From the NCBI GenBank assembly GCA_965112155.1, contig OZ218102.1: DNA of 64,000 nt, one strand, 5' to 3'. Below, piece by piece: positions 63,388-64,000 of the stretch. Made by a program: the position numbers and the translations under genes. This DNA comes from Podarcis liolepis. Taxonomy: Eukaryota. Every line of letters begins with the position of its first letter. Position 1 is the first letter of the stretch. The notes below the pieces were generated by a model. That model saw only the letters and a list, made by a program, of their open reading frames with translations, was not told the DNA's origin and did no database searches.

Positions 63388-63983
63388 GTCACGTGAGAAC
63401 TTTGATGCTGCCAGCAAACCAACAGAAAAAAAGAGTTTTTGACCTTAATTTTTAGATGCAGTATACAATAATCCAATGTCAAGTAGAACAACTTCTTTCA
63501 AGTCTATCTCTCTAGCTTTAAAAGCCAAATAATCATTTGATCGCAAATTTCTTGCTCATAATAACCATACCATAGTACATGGCAAGGCCCCAAAGATGCT
63601 ACTAGATAAAGTACATTGATGGTCTACAGCCATCAGTTGTGGCAGTCTTGGGGCTGGAAAAAACATACCAGCACAATATTTTTGATGGTGTAGCAAAACA
63701 TCTGGTGCAGGATACTTGTGCCAAACAACGAAAGGGCAGACAGCAGTATTCAAATCCTACTACTCCAATACTACTTATTTAGCAACAAGGATTATAGGCA
63801 CCATTTCAGGACAAGCCTCCTTTCGCTTGATGAAACAGCTTCAGGACTCCAACACTGTGAAGATTGCACATCCTCCTTCATATTTTGGGTAAAATAAAAT
63901 AAAAAGACTCCTTATCCAATGGGCGTTGGGAGCCAGTTTCGCCTGTTGGGAGAGAAGAGGAAAGTGAGAAAGACCGTCCCGCC
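63388..63983. promoter_or_regulatory. Candidate SLK promoter/5' elements: E-box GTCACGTGAG (63388-63397), CCAAT (63916-63920), GC box CCCGCC (63978-63983)
   Basis: Motif matches upstream of the ATG; CpG content rises toward the window end. Confidence 0.35.
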
Positions 63984-64000
63984 TTGACAACTCACGAACT

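Overview
Vertebrate genomic DNA, very likely a lacertid lizard (Sauria SINEs, squamate L2/CR1/RTE/L1 fragments, many hAT and Tc1/pogo MITEs). It holds two convergent genes in the same tail-to-tail arrangement as in mammals. On the + strand are the last 14 detectable coding exons and 3' UTR of COL17A1 (collagen XVII/BP180; CDS 568-13026). On the - strand is the complete 19-exon coding region of SLK (STE20-like kinase; ATG 63251, stop 20538; 3792 nt, 1263 aa with cassette exon 13). Most other ORFs in the track are spurious or transposon-derived. Main observations: (1) an extra in-frame composite cassette exon/microexon in SLK intron 13 (72, 39 or 12 nt) with RBFOX and UGC motifs; (2) four TGCATG motifs just upstream of SLK exon 13; (3) a GC-AG intron and a NAGNAG acceptor in SLK; (4) a DIRS-like inverted-repeat element in the putative SLK 3' UTR; (5) candidate PxIxIT and DSGxxS motifs, and no caspase DxxD site, in the SLK linker; (6) a decapeptide Gly/Ser/Tyr repeat expansion in COL17A1 NC4; (7) apparent loss of two COL17A1 exons. 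I see no evidence of a wholly new multi-gene system. Comparisons with human proteins are from memory and need alignment.
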